In this document: positions 52,775 through 64,000 of the stretch, in pieces | Layout of the letters: each line of letters opens with the position of its first letter | How positions within the stretch are numbered: the first letter of the stretch is position 1 | Assembly (NCBI RefSeq): GCF_000737315.1 | Contig: NZ_JMCB01000001.1 | Span: 682,001 to 746,000 of the forward strand | From: Hyalangium minutum | GTDB taxonomy: Bacteria > Myxococcota > Myxococcia > Myxococcales > Myxococcaceae | Reading direction: 5' to 3' | DNA length: 64,000 nt | Position numbers and translations under genes: made by a program | Notes under the pieces: generated by a model | The model's database searches: none | Told to the model about the DNA's origin: nothing | The model's input: the letters and a program-made list of their open reading frames with translations, nothing else

Positions 52775-55519
52775 ATGGCCACCCCCGCCCCCACCGCCCA
52801 GAACTGGGTGCTGCGTCTGTTCTTCGTCTCGGGCCTCTCCGGGATCCTCTTCGAGGTCCTCTGGACGCGGATCTTCACGTACCTGCTCGGGGGCACCACG
52901 CACAGCGTCACCGCCGTCATCACGGCGTTCATGCTGGGGCTCGGGCTGGGCTCGTACCTGTTGGGCCGAGTGGCGGACCGTTCCACCCGGCCGCTGCGCA
53001 TCTACGGGCTGCTGGAGCTGGGCGTCGCGTTCAGCGGGCTCGTGGCGTTCTATGCCTTCCACCACATCGAGTCGCTCTACTCGGTCCTCTATGCCTGGGC
53101 GCCGCAGGCGACGATCAAGTGGCTCGTCTTCCTGATTGCGTTCGTCTTCGTCTCGTTCTCCGCCACCCTCATTGGGGGCACCTTGCCCGTGCTCGCCCGC
53201 TACGTGGTGAACCGGGATGAAGGCCTGAAGGCCGCGCTGGGCCAGCTCTACTCCATCAACACACTGGGAGCGGCGGCGGGCTCGGTGCTGATGATCGGCC
53301 TGGTGTGGGTGCTGGGCTACGAGACGGGCTACCACCTCGCGCTTGCGCTCAACGTGGTCACGGGCGTGGCGGCCCTGCTCCTGTCCCGCCGTGAGAACGC
53401 AGCGCCTGTCTCCAGCAGTGAGGCCCCGTCCGCCTCCCCTCCTCCCACCGCTGAACCTCGGGAGACCCTCGATGGCCGCATTCTCCTGCCTGCCTTCGCC
53501 CTCTCCGGCTTCTGCGCGCTGGCGTACGAGGTCATCTGGTTCCGGCTGCTCGACTTCTTGCTGTTGGGCCGGCTGACGACCTTCGCCTGCGTCCTCTCCG
53601 TGTACCTGCTGGGGATCAGCCTGGGCAGCGTCGCGTTCAGCCGCTGGAGCCCCCGAGGCCTGAGCGATCTCAAGCTGTTCGTCGTCTTCGAGGCCCTGCT
53701 CGGGCTCCTGGGACTCCTCAGCCTGCCGGTGCTGTCGGCGGTCAGCGGCTGGGGGCACCGGCCGTTCACCATCGCCGTGGGCTTCCTGCTGCTCTTCGCG
53801 ATGACGCTGCTGCTGGGAGGCCTCTTCCCGCTGGCGGGCAAGCTGTACGCGGGGCCGATGCGGCTGCTCGGGCGGACGGTGGGCAACATCTACTCGGCCA
53901 ACACGGCGGGCTCGGTGCTGGGCTCGTTCCTGACGGGCTTCGTCCTCTTCCCCACCATCGGCACCTCGGCCGCGCTGCTGCTCATCGCGGCGCTGAACCT
54001 GGGCATTGCCGCCACCCTGGCGGGCGTCTCGCTGCGGCCGCTGAACACCCGCTGGGTGGGCACAGTCGCGGCACTCGCGGCGGTGGGGCTGGGGGGCTGG
54101 TTCAGCGCCGACTGGCTCACGCGGTACTACGAGCACGTCAGCCTCCGCCCAGGCTTCCGGGTGATCGCCGAGAGCGAGAGCAGCCTGCAGCCCGTGCTGG
54201 TAGCTGAGAACGGCCAGGGCGATCGGGTCCTCCTGGGCGGTCCGTTCCAGTCCGGGGAGACGGTGCCCGCGCGGAGGCAGACCCAGAAGCTCCAGGCGCA
54301 CCTGCCAATGCTCGTGCACCCGAACCCGCAGCGGGTGCTGGAGATTGGCTACGGCGTGGGCGAGCTCCCACGGACCTTGCTGCTGTACCAGCCGGAGCTG
54401 CTCCAGCTCGTCGAGCTGGACGAGCACATGATCCCGGTAGCCGAGGAGTACTTCGGGGCGCTCAACGAGCACGCGAGCCGCAAGCCCAACGTGCGCGTGG
54501 ACGTGATGGACGGGCGGCACTTCCTGAAGATGAGCGAGGAGCAGTTCGACGTGATCATGTCGGACTCGATGATCCTCGCCAGTGAGGGCAGCCTGCGGCT
54601 CTACACGGAGGAGCACTTCCGCGAGGCGCGCCGGCACCTGCGTCCCGGGGGCGTGGCGCTGGTGTGGCTGCCGCTCAACGCGGGCATCAGCAAGGCCATG
54701 GTCATCCTGAAGACCTTCCAGAAGGTCTTCCCACAGAGCCTGCTGTGGCTGCCGCTGGGGCTCAACACGCAGGAGGCCTTCATCGTCGGCTTCCGGGACG
54801 AGGCCTCCATCGACTGGACGGCTTGGCGCGAGAAGTACGAGCGGGTGGCCCGGCAGGACTTGCAGGCCTTCGGCTGGGACTCGCCGGGGCTGTTCTTCGC
54901 GAGCTTCCGAGCGGGGCCTGAACAACTGTCCGAGATCGCCTCGCGCGTGCCGATGATCAACCGGGACATGAACCCGGTGCTGGACTTCTTGCCGCAGGAG
55001 ACTCCGGCGGAGATCGATGCGGCGGTTCGCCAGCTCATCGCCTACCCGCCGGGCGCGATCTTCGCGCACCTGAAGGACGGTCCCACGCCGGATGAGTCGC
55101 TGGGGGCCCTTCGAAGCGAGGTCGAGCGCATCCACGAGGCGGACCAGCGCTTCTTCCAGGGAGTCGAAGCGCTGGAGCGGTTCGGCGCGCGGCCTCCGTC
55201 GGAGGTGCTGGCGAACGCGGCCACGCTGACCGAGGGCTTCCGTCAGGCCCTGGAGCTGTACCCCCGCCACCACGCCTCGGCGGTGTGGATGGCACAGGTG
55301 CTGGGGTTAGCGGCGAAGGTGCAGCCTCCGATGGAGCCCGAGAAGGTTCGTGGGCTGCTGGAGGAGGCATTGCGCTACAGTCCGTCGGATCTCGCGGTGG
55401 CCGAGGCGCTCGCGCGCCTGGCGCTGCAGCGAGGTGACAAGGAAGAGGCTCACAAGTACATCGAGCGGGTCCGGGCGCTGGCGCCCTACTCCCGGCTCGC
55501 CGCCACCGAGACGCCATGA
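52775..55519 (+). CDS. Fused MFS-like/spermidine synthase protein with a TPR-like tail
   Basis: Two membrane repeat modules (SGILFEVLW, SGFCALAYEVIW), IGYGVG SAM loop, VELD, MDGRHFL, helical C-terminus. Confidence 0.82.
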   Translation: MATPAPTAQNWVLRLFFVSGLSGILFEVLWTRIFTYLLGGTTHSVTAVITAFMLGLGLGSYLLGRVADRSTRPLRIYGLLELGVAFSGLVAFYAFHHIESLYSVLYAWAPQATIKWLVFLIAFVFVSFSATLIGGTLPVLARYVVNRDEGLKAALGQLYSINTLGAAAGSVLMIGLVWVLGYETGYHLALALNVVTGVAALLLSRRENAAPVSSSEAPSASPPPTAEPRETLDGRILLPAFALSGFCALAYEVIWFRLLDFLLLGRLTTFACVLSVYLLGISLGSVAFSRWSPRGLSDLKLFVVFEALLGLLGLLSLPVLSAVSGWGHRPFTIAVGFLLLFAMTLLLGGLFPLAGKLYAGPMRLLGRTVGNIYSANTAGSVLGSFLTGFVLFPTIGTSAALLLIAALNLGIAATLAGVSLRPLNTRWVGTVAALAAVGLGGWFSADWLTRYYEHVSLRPGFRVIAESESSLQPVLVAENGQGDRVLLGGPFQSGETVPARRQTQKLQAHLPMLVHPNPQRVLEIGYGVGELPRTLLLYQPELLQLVELDEHMIPVAEEYFGALNEHASRKPNVRVDVMDGRHFLKMSEEQFDVIMSDSMILASEGSLRLYTEEHFREARRHLRPGGVALVWLPLNAGISKAMVILKTFQKVFPQSLLWLPLGLNTQEAFIVGFRDEASIDWTAWREKYERVARQDLQAFGWDSPGLFFASFRAGPEQLSEIASRVPMINRDMNPVLDFLPQETPAEIDAAVRQLIAYPPGAIFAHLKDGPTPDESLGALRSEVERIHEADQRFFQGVEALERFGARPPSEVLANAATLTEGFRQALELYPRHHASAVWMAQVLGLAAKVQPPMEPEKVRGLLEEALRYSPSDLAVAEALARLALQRGDKEEAHKYIERVRALAPYSRLAATETP

Positions 55520-57765
55520 ACGACTCTCCCGCAACCCTCAGCCGCGCTCGCTTCCGGTTCCTGTGTGGGCTCCTGTTCTGCACAGGGATGACGTCGCTGA
55601 TCTTCCAGATCATCTGGCTGCGAGGCTTCAGCATCATCCTCGGGAGCACCATCTACTCGATGGCCTGCGTCGTCACCGTGTTCATGCTCGGGCTGGCGGT
55701 GGGCAGCCTGATCATGTCGAGGCTGCTCAAGGGCGGAGGGAAACTGGCGGAGCGTCCGCTGGCGGCCTACGGCACGGTGGAGCTGCTGGTGGGGATTAGC
55801 GCGCTGATCATCACCTGGACGTTGTTCAGCCACCAAGACTTCTACCTCTCGCTGTCGGGCTCGCCCACGGCGCCACTGCTGTCACGGCTGGTGGCACAGT
55901 TCAGCGTGTGCCTGGCGCTGATTGGCATCCCCACGGCGCTCATGGGGATGACGCTGCCGCTGCTGAGCCAGCTCGTGGCGGACCGGCGGCAGGTGTCGGC
56001 GCTGTACGGCGTGAACACCATCGGAGCGGCGACGGGGAGCATCATCGCCAGCTTCGTCCTCATCTATTACTTCGGGTGCATCCGGGCGGGGGCGTTCGCC
56101 GCGGCGGTCAATGCGCTCATCTTCACGGTGGCGCTGGCGGCCAACCGCTTCTTCCCTCCGGCCCAAGAGCCCGCCGCGGAGCAGCCGCCACCGGACGCCG
56201 CGAGCACTCCCGAGGGGCGCATGCTCAGCCGTCCGCTGATGCTAGCGATGGCGATCTTCTCGGGGTTCGTGGCGCTCTCGTGTGAGATCACCTGGACGCG
56301 CTTCCTGTCGTTGTGCTTCGGCAACCGCATCTACGTGACGAGCATCGCGCTGTCGATCATCTTGCTCTTCATGGGGCAGGCGGCGCGCATGAGCAGCGCG
56401 ATGCTGCGCGGGACGACGCCGCTGTGGCGCATCCTGTTGTACGCGTGCTCGCTGACGTTGATCTCCTTCTCGGCGGCGCTGCTGCTGGAGCGGTCGGCGT
56501 TCCAGCCGACAGAGCCGGGGCTCGTGGTCCTCTTCATCCTGTTGATGGTGGTGTTCCCGGCGACGGCGCTCGGGCTGATCTTCCCTCTGACGCTGGCGGC
56601 GCGGCCGGCGGGGGTGACGAACGGGGCGAGCTGGGTGGGACTGGTGTACGGGATGAACACGCTGGCGAGCCTCGTGGGCTCGCTGGCGAGCGGGTACGTA
56701 CTCATCAATCTGATCGGCTCCAACGGGCTGATTGCGTTCAACTCGGTGCTGCTGCTGATCGCGCTGGCGGGGCTGGCGTACGGGTTCCGGTCGCACTTCA
56801 AGCTCTCGGACCATGCGCTGGGCGGAGTGGCGGTGGTGGGCTTCCTGGCGATCATCGCGCCGAAGAGCCTGCAAGTGCCTCCGGTGGTGGATGCGGAGCG
56901 CGCGGTGGTCCGGAGCGAGGACGCACACGGCATCTTCAGCGTGGTGCAGATGGACGAGGGCCGGCTGCGGGTGCTGAACAACCGGACGGACCTCGTCTAT
57001 CTATATGGGGACCCGAGCACGCAGTACGTGCAGGAGTCGCAGGCGTTCCTGCCAATTTTGTACGCGCCGAAGCTGGAGAAGGTGCTGAACATCGGCTCGG
57101 GGTACGGCATCACGGCGGGAGCGTTCTCGCGGGTGAACGAGGTGAAGTCCATCGAGGCGGTGGAGATCGTCCCGGCGCTGGTGGAGCACGCGAAGCTGTT
57201 CAGCCCTGGGAACCACGACTACTTCACGAACCCGCGGGTGAAGATCCACATCACGGACGGCCGGCACTTCCTGGCGACGACGCCCGAGCGCTACGACATC
57301 ATCTCGATCAACGTGTCGGATCCGTACCTGCCGGGCTCCTCGAGCCTGTTCAGCCACGAGTTCTACGAGCTGACGAAGTCACGGCTGGGGCCTGGGGGCG
57401 TGATGGCGCAGCACATCTTCGGGCCGGACATGGCGACGCTGTACCACGGCATCCGCGAGGTGTTCCCGCACGTGAAGGCGATTCCGTCGTATGGGAACGG
57501 GCTGACGGTGATTGCCTCGGCAGATCCGCTGGAGCCGCGCCAGCGTGACTTGTTCCTGCAGCGCTACAATGAAGGCCGGGCGCTGTTCGACACGATTGGC
57601 ATCCCGGACGGGCTGATGGGCTTCGAGCGGCTGGTGCTGCTGGGAGACGAGACGCTGAAGGAACTGTCCTCGCGGGCGCCTGCGTTCCGCAACAGCGACG
57701 ACATGCCTGCACTGGAGTTCCGCCGGCTTCCGGGCCAGCTGGGCCTCTTCTACTCGAATAACTGA
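55516..57765 (+). CDS. Fused MFS-like/spermidine synthase protein
   Basis: TGMTSLIFQIIW and SGFVALSCEITW modules, IGSGYGITAG, VEIV, TDGRHFL, VSDPY; ATGA overlap with the upstream paralog. Confidence 0.82.
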   Translation: MNDSPATLSRARFRFLCGLLFCTGMTSLIFQIIWLRGFSIILGSTIYSMACVVTVFMLGLAVGSLIMSRLLKGGGKLAERPLAAYGTVELLVGISALIITWTLFSHQDFYLSLSGSPTAPLLSRLVAQFSVCLALIGIPTALMGMTLPLLSQLVADRRQVSALYGVNTIGAATGSIIASFVLIYYFGCIRAGAFAAAVNALIFTVALAANRFFPPAQEPAAEQPPPDAASTPEGRMLSRPLMLAMAIFSGFVALSCEITWTRFLSLCFGNRIYVTSIALSIILLFMGQAARMSSAMLRGTTPLWRILLYACSLTLISFSAALLLERSAFQPTEPGLVVLFILLMVVFPATALGLIFPLTLAARPAGVTNGASWVGLVYGMNTLASLVGSLASGYVLINLIGSNGLIAFNSVLLLIALAGLAYGFRSHFKLSDHALGGVAVVGFLAIIAPKSLQVPPVVDAERAVVRSEDAHGIFSVVQMDEGRLRVLNNRTDLVYLYGDPSTQYVQESQAFLPILYAPKLEKVLNIGSGYGITAGAFSRVNEVKSIEAVEIVPALVEHAKLFSPGNHDYFTNPRVKIHITDGRHFLATTPERYDIISINVSDPYLPGSSSLFSHEFYELTKSRLGPGGVMAQHIFGPDMATLYHGIREVFPHVKAIPSYGNGLTVIASADPLEPRQRDLFLQRYNEGRALFDTIGIPDGLMGFERLVLLGDETLKELSSRAPAFRNSDDMPALEFRRLPGQLGLFYSNN

Positions 57766-57825
57766 ACAAAGCCGTGCACGGACCCACGTGTGACCTTCAT
57801 CCGCTTCATGCAGGAGCATGAACCG

Positions 57826-58022
57826 ATGAAGCTCTTCAATGGCCTGGGTGTCGCGCTGGTGTTGATCACTCTGGGCTGTGCCGGACCCGTGAGTTCCTCG
57901 CGAAGTGGGAGTTCTTACTCCTGGCCAGGGTCCATGCTCCCGAGGGCAGTGTCCTCCCAGCAAAGCTCGCCCACATCCACGCCAAGACAGGGCACACCGG
58001 CGGCTTCTCGGGAGGCCAGTAA
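57826..58022 (+). pseudogene. Internally deleted lipoprotein HNH-type toxin gene
   Basis: Lipoprotein signal (MKLFNGLGVALVLITLG-C) at 57826. A different frame ends ...LAHIHAKTGHTGGFSGGQ* at TAA 58020-58022, overlapping the immunity ATG. Confidence 0.55.
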
Positions 58023-58492
58023 TGCCAACTCCTCTGCGCACATTCGAAGGGGGCCCTCCACTCACCCCTGAGGACCTTCGTTCCTTCGAGCAGCAGCATG
58101 GGCTTGCCCTCCCCGCCTCATACGAGGAGTTCCTGCTGAAGACCAACGGCGGACGCCCGGAGAGGGACCTGTTGGCGCTCACGGGCCTTGAGGGCAACCC
58201 GCGTGCCCGCATCCATCTCTTCTTTGGCCTGAACGATCCGGTCGAATCGTGCAACCTCGATTGGAACCTTGAGGTCTTCAAGGATCGCATCCCAGTGGGC
58301 CTGATTCCGATCGCCACCACCGAGGGCACAGACAAGATCTGCCTGTGCGTGGCTGGGGAACGCGCAGGGGCTGTCTTCTACTGGGACGGCCACGCCTCAC
58401 CTGATGAGCGAAATCTCTACGCACTCGCCGGTGACTTCACGTCGTTCCTCTCATCGCTCCACGCCGATGAACTCTCGCCCAAGACTCACTGA
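58022..58492 (+). CDS. SMI1/KNR4 (SUKH) immunity protein
   Basis: EQQHGLALPASYEEFLLKTNGG...LIPIATTEGTDKICL...GAVFYWD...LAGDFTSFLSSL; ATG 58022. Confidence 0.85.
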   Translation: MPTPLRTFEGGPPLTPEDLRSFEQQHGLALPASYEEFLLKTNGGRPERDLLALTGLEGNPRARIHLFFGLNDPVESCNLDWNLEVFKDRIPVGLIPIATTEGTDKICLCVAGERAGAVFYWDGHASPDERNLYALAGDFTSFLSSLHADELSPKTH

Positions 58493-58598
58493 GGCCCCCA
58501 CTCCGCGCGCCTCTGCTCGAAGTCATCGTGGGGTGTAGCCGTCACCTCATGCTTCACGGTGGTAGAAAGAAGCCAGCCCGAAGCCCCAGGAGGACCGA

Positions 58599-59150
58599 AT
58601 GAAGCGTGCGTTGCTCGTCATTGATATCCAGAAGGACTACTTCCCCGGAGGAAAGATGGAGCTCGTTGGCACCGAGGCCGCGAGCCTGCGTGCCCGGGAA
58701 TTGCTTGAGGGCTTCCGCAAGAACGGAGAGGAGCTCATCCACGTCCAACACATCTTCCAGGCCCCCAATGCCCCGTTCTTCGTCGCCGGAACGGAGGGCG
58801 CGGAGATCCACCCGAACGTTCAGCCCCTCCCCGGTGAGCGTCTGCTCGTCAAGCACCACGCCAACTCGTTCAAGGATACGCCGCTGCAGCAGTGGCTCCG
58901 CGAGCGAGACGTCACCGATGTCGTCATCTGCGGGATGATGACCAGCATGTGCGTGGACGCCGCCACCCGCGCGGCAGCAGACCTGGGCTTCAACACCTAC
59001 GTGGCCGCCGATGCCTGCGCAGCCCCAGACCTGCGCTCGGGCGCCGAGATCATCCCCGGGCGCACCGTGCACAACGCCTTCCTGGCCGCCCTGGGCTCAC
59101 TGGTCGCGCGGGTGGAGAGCACAAGCGAGCTCCTCTCGCGGCGCGGATAA
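58599..59150 (+). CDS. Isochorismatase/cysteine hydrolase family protein
   Basis: LLVIDIQKDYF, KHHANSF, GMMTSMCVDAT (Asp-Lys-Cys triad). Confidence 0.88.
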   Translation: MKRALLVIDIQKDYFPGGKMELVGTEAASLRARELLEGFRKNGEELIHVQHIFQAPNAPFFVAGTEGAEIHPNVQPLPGERLLVKHHANSFKDTPLQQWLRERDVTDVVICGMMTSMCVDAATRAAADLGFNTYVAADACAAPDLRSGAEIIPGRTVHNAFLAALGSLVARVESTSELLSRRG

Positions 59151-59155
59151 AGAAA

Positions 59156-59186
59156 CGGCCTCTCCCTTTCAAGAAGGGAGAGGCCG
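59156..59186. terminator. Hairpin between convergent genes
   Basis: CGGCCTCTCCCTT-TCAAG-AAGGGAGAGGCCG, a perfect 13-bp stem. Confidence 0.7.
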
Positions 59187-59218
59187 AATTCACGTCAGCA
59201 CATGTCGCTTGGGAGCGG

Positions 59219-60391
<1,173 letters not shown>

Positions 60392-60476
60392 CTTGCGTCT
60401 CCTCGCCTGGACAGCGTCCAGGCAGTCAAAGTCTTCATCGGAAAATCGCTCTGGATCCTTGGATAAAGCCCGCCTG

Positions 60477-62876
60477 CTAGTTCCGCAGCGGCTTCCCCTT
60501 CTCCAGCATGAACATGAGCCGATCCTGGGTCTTCTCCTCGCCCGTGAGGCTGAGGAACGCCTCCAGCTCGAGCTCCAGCAGCTGCTCCTCGGTCACCAGC
60601 GCCGTGGGGCTGGTGTCGCCACCGGTCAGCACCCGAGCCAGCTTCTGGCCGATCTTCCGATCGTGCGCGGAGATCTGGTTGTTGAGCTGCATGTCGTACA
60701 GCATCATGTCGATGGTGGCCGCGCCGCTGGGGCCTGCCAGCCGGAACCGGGTGGGCCGAGGTGCCCGGAAGCCCGACTTCGCCATGCCCAGCACCCGCTG
60801 CTTGGCGTCCGCCAGCAGGAAGTCCCGGTTGGCGCTGATGCCGTCGCTGTCCTTCAGGAAGCCCGCCTCCCGGGCCTCCTCGGCGCTGGTGGCCACCTTC
60901 GCCGTGCCGATCGACAGGAACACCTTCTTGAGGAACGGCAGCGGATCGAAGTCCTTGTCCGTCGAGTAGTTGCCGTACACGTTGCGCATCAACTGCATCG
61001 TGCCGCCACCGCCGGGGATGAGGCCCACGCCCACTTCCACCAGGCCCATGTACAGCTCGGCCGAGGCCTGGATGGCATTGGCGCCCATCGCCGCCTCCGC
61101 GCCGCCGCCCAGGGTGAGGTTGAAGGGCGCCGACACCACCGGCACCGGGCTGTAGCGCATGCGCTGATTGGCCGCCTGGAACGCCGCCGCCATCTTCCGG
61201 ATGGCCTCGAACTCGTCGCTCTTGGCCGCCATCAGCATCGCCATGATGTTGGCGCCCGCCGAGAAGTTCGACCCGTCGTTGCCAATCACCAGGCCCAGGT
61301 GGTTCTTCTCCGTCTCGTCCAGGGCCGTGTTCATCATCGCGATGATCGCGTCATCGATGGAGTTCATCTTCGAGTGGAACTCCAGCAGCGTGACGCCGTC
61401 GCCCATGTCCCACAGCGAGGCGCTATCGTTGCCGGTGATCTTCTTGTTGCCGCGCTTGAGGTACTCCACGCGCTGGGTGCGCGCGTTCTCCTGCACCGGC
61501 TTCACCGACTTGCTGGGGATGTCCCAGTACGTGTCACGGCCGTCCTGCACGCCGTAGAAGGACTCACGGCCCGCCGCCAGCATCTGCTCCACCCAGGGCG
61601 CCGGCTCGATGCCCAGCTCCTTCATCCGCGCCACGCCCGCGCGCACGCCGTACGCATCCCACGTCTCGAAGGGCCCCAGGTCCCAGCCGAAGCCCCAGCG
61701 CACGCCGCGGTCGACGTTGACGATGTCGTCGGCGATCTCCGGAATCCGGCGGCTGGAGTACGCCAGCACGTCCAGAGTGACGCGCTCGGCGAACTTGGCG
61801 GCCTTGTCCTGGCCCTTCATCACCGTGGCGACGCGCTCGCGCACATCCTCCACTTCCTTGGCCGCGCCCAGCGACTCGTAGCGGACCTTGTTCTGCTTCC
61901 GGTACTCGAGCGTGTTCAGGTCCAGCGCGAGGATCTCCTTCTCGCCGTCCCCGCCGCCGCCCTTGGCCTTCTTGTAGAAGCCCGAGCCGCTCTTGTCGCC
62001 CAGCATCCCCTTCTCCACCATCTTCTGGAGGAAGTCCGGGGTGGCGAACGTGTCACGGCGCTCATCGTGGGCGAGCGTGTCGTAACAGTTCTTCGCCACG
62101 TGGATGAAGGTGTCCAAGCCGACGATGTCCGCAGTGCGGAACACGGCAGACTTGGGGCGGCCCATGGCGGGGCCAAAGATCTTGTCCACCTCCTCCACCG
62201 TCATCTCCGCCTCGCGCATGGCGGAGATGGTCCGCATCATCCCGTACACGCCGATGCGGTTGGCGATGAAGTTCGTGGTGTCCTTGCCGTAGACGATGCC
62301 CTTGCCGAGCACCTCCTCGCCAAAGCGGTGGATGGTGCGCACCACCTCGGGATCCGTCTCCTTGCCGGCCACCAGCTCCAGCAGCTTCATGTAGCGCACG
62401 GGGTTGAAGAAGTGCGTCACCAGGAAGTTCTTGCGGAAGTCCTCACCGCGCCCCTGGAGCATCCCCGCGATGGAGAGACCCGAGGTGTTGGAGCTGATGA
62501 TGGCGCCCTTGCGCGCGTGCTGCTCCACCTTGGCGAACAGGGCCTGCTTGACGGCCATGTCCTCCTTCACCACCTCGATGACCCAGTCGCACTCGGCGAT
62601 GCGGGCCATGTCATCCTCGAAGTTGCCCACCTCGATGGCGGTGAACACCTGCTCGGAGACGATGGGGCTGGGGCGCTGCTTGCGCATGTTGGCCAGGGCG
62701 CCCAGCACGAACTTGTTGCGGAAGGCCTTGGAGGAGGTGTCCTCGCCCGGTGCCGCCTTGGGGGGGACGATGTCCAGCAGGAGCGCGCGCACGCCCGAAT
62801 TGGCCAGGTGCGCGGCAATACCACTGCCCATCACGCCAGCGCCCAGGACTGCCACTTTGCGGATCCGCGTCGTCAT
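60477..62876 (-). CDS. 3-hydroxyacyl-CoA dehydrogenase/enoyl-CoA hydratase (FadN-like architecture)
   Basis: [28 protein letters not shown]; C-terminal crotonase ([23 protein letters not shown]); ATG 62876. Confidence 0.9.
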   Translation of the reverse strand: MTTRIRKVAVLGAGVMGSGIAAHLANSGVRALLLDIVPPKAAPGEDTSSKAFRNKFVLGALANMRKQRPSPIVSEQVFTAIEVGNFEDDMARIAECDWVIEVVKEDMAVKQALFAKVEQHARKGAIISSNTSGLSIAGMLQGRGEDFRKNFLVTHFFNPVRYMKLLELVAGKETDPEVVRTIHRFGEEVLGKGIVYGKDTTNFIANRIGVYGMMRTISAMREAEMTVEEVDKIFGPAMGRPKSAVFRTADIVGLDTFIHVAKNCYDTLAHDERRDTFATPDFLQKMVEKGMLGDKSGSGFYKKAKGGGGDGEKEILALDLNTLEYRKQNKVRYESLGAAKEVEDVRERVATVMKGQDKAAKFAERVTLDVLAYSSRRIPEIADDIVNVDRGVRWGFGWDLGPFETWDAYGVRAGVARMKELGIEPAPWVEQMLAAGRESFYGVQDGRDTYWDIPSKSVKPVQENARTQRVEYLKRGNKKITGNDSASLWDMGDGVTLLEFHSKMNSIDDAIIAMMNTALDETEKNHLGLVIGNDGSNFSAGANIMAMLMAAKSDEFEAIRKMAAAFQAANQRMRYSPVPVVSAPFNLTLGGGAEAAMGANAIQASAELYMGLVEVGVGLIPGGGGTMQLMRNVYGNYSTDKDFDPLPFLKKVFLSIGTAKVATSAEEAREAGFLKDSDGISANRDFLLADAKQRVLGMAKSGFRAPRPTRFRLAGPSGAATIDMMLYDMQLNNQISAHDRKIGQKLARVLTGGDTSPTALVTEEQLLELELEAFLSLTGEEKTQDRLMFMLEKGKPLRN

Positions 62877-62989
62877 CAAAAAAGCTCCCTTATTGGGATG
62901 AGGGGACTGCACAAATGTCGTCGATTGACCCGAAAGTCAATCTGACTGTCTCGCCAGGGGGTGCCCCTTGCGACTACAACCCCCTGGCC

Positions 62990-64000
62990 ATGCCCCGCCT
63001 CGATCCCCACTCGTACAACGACAGCACGCAGCCCGAGACCGAATCCCTTGACTGGAAGGCCCGAGTGGACTTCCGGACGCGCAGGCTGCACGCGGAGGTC
63101 ACCCTCACCCTCAAGGAGCCGTCCGCCGGTCCGTTGGACCTGGACACCCGGGAACTCGACATCCGTGCAGTGGTGGACGATCAGGGAAAACCCCTGCCGT
63201 TCCACCTGGCCCCCCCGGAGCCCATCCTGGGCAGCCGGCTGCGGATTCAGCTCCCGAAAGGCCTGCGCCAGCTGACGGTGCGCTATCGCACCTCGCCCCA
63301 GGCCAGCGCGCTCCAGTGGCTGACGCCCTCGCAGACGGCGGGGGGCCAGCACCCGTTCCTCTTCAGCCAGTGCCAGGCCATCCACGCCCGTTCCGTGATT
63401 CCCCTGCAGGACACCCCGCGCATCCGCATCCGCTACAAGGCGGCGCTGACGATTCCCAAGGCGCTCAAGGCGGTGATGGCAGCGGGCTTCGTGCGCCGCG
63501 AGGAGCCCAGCGTGGAGGCGGTGGAGCACTACGAGATGCCCCAGCCGATTCCGCCGTACCTGCTGGCGTTCGCGGTGGGGAGCCTGGCGGCCAAGGAGCT
63601 GGGTCCGCGCTCGCGCGTGTGGGCCGAGCCCGAGCTGCTGGAGGCCGCCGCCTCCGAGTTCGAGGACGTGGACGCCATGCTGCGCATGGCCGAGTCCCTC
63701 TTCGGGCCGTATGACTGGGAGCGGTTCGACTTGCTCACCATGCCTCCCTCGTTCCCGTACGGCGGCATGGAGAACCCGCGGCTGACGTTCCTCACGCCCA
63801 CGCTGCTGGCCGGGGACAAGAGCCTGGTGAATGTGGTGGCGCACGAGCTGGCGCACTCGTGGACGGGCAACCTGGTGACCAACGCCTCCGCCGAGCACTT
63901 CTGGCTCAACGAGAGCTTCACGGTGTTCGCCGAGCGGCGCATCCTCGAGGCGCTGGAGGGCCAGGAGGAGGCCACGCTGCACGCCGCGTTGGGTCGGCGC
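62990..64000 (+). CDS. M1 family aminopeptidase (leukotriene A4 hydrolase-like); runs off the 3' end and is absent from the ORF track
   Basis: ATG 62990 (MPRLDPHSY); SQCQAIHARS, GGMENPRL, VAHELAHSWTGN (HExxH), WLNES. Confidence 0.93.
   Translation, partial: MPRLDPHSYNDSTQPETESLDWKARVDFRTRRLHAEVTLTLKEPSAGPLDLDTRELDIRAVVDDQGKPLPFHLAPPEPILGSRLRIQLPKGLRQLTVRYRTSPQASALQWLTPSQTAGGQHPFLFSQCQAIHARSVIPLQDTPRIRIRYKAALTIPKALKAVMAAGFVRREEPSVEAVEHYEMPQPIPPYLLAFAVGSLAAKELGPRSRVWAEPELLEAAASEFEDVDAMLRMAESLFGPYDWERFDLLTMPPSFPYGGMENPRLTFLTPTLLAGDKSLVNVVAHELAHSWTGNLVTNASAEHFWLNESFTVFAERRILEALEGQEEATLHAALGRR

Overview
High-GC myxobacterial chromosome segment (Cystobacterineae-like, inferred from gene content). 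The backbone is core genome: thiE/thiD, clpB, argR with a divergent arginine operon, truA, a Pkn14-like kinase, aroF, mrpA-mrpB-mrpC, a MutS-domain-V ATPase, fadA/fadN-type beta-oxidation genes and an M1 aminopeptidase. Accessory inserts include two orphan immunity genes each preceded by a scar of the lost toxin, a Tad minor-pilin cassette, an orphan Flp pilin, an MBOAT/SGNH/GT-C/YfhO envelope cluster, a Phd-ParE toxin-antitoxin pair, three fused MFS/spermidine-synthase genes and a SWIB-SUKH-4 fusion. The most striking signal is the arginine operon (argF'-argB*-argE-argH-argG-DUF1611-argC*). ArgF', ArgE, ArgH and ArgG keep their catalytic motifs. ArgB looks like a catalytically dead kinase that keeps its arginine-sensing signature, and ArgC has a broken nucleotide-binding loop. 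ArgF' carries the succinyl-type specificity residue, and a DUF1611 P-loop protein sits where argA is missing. All family calls come from motif recognition by eye; no database search was run.
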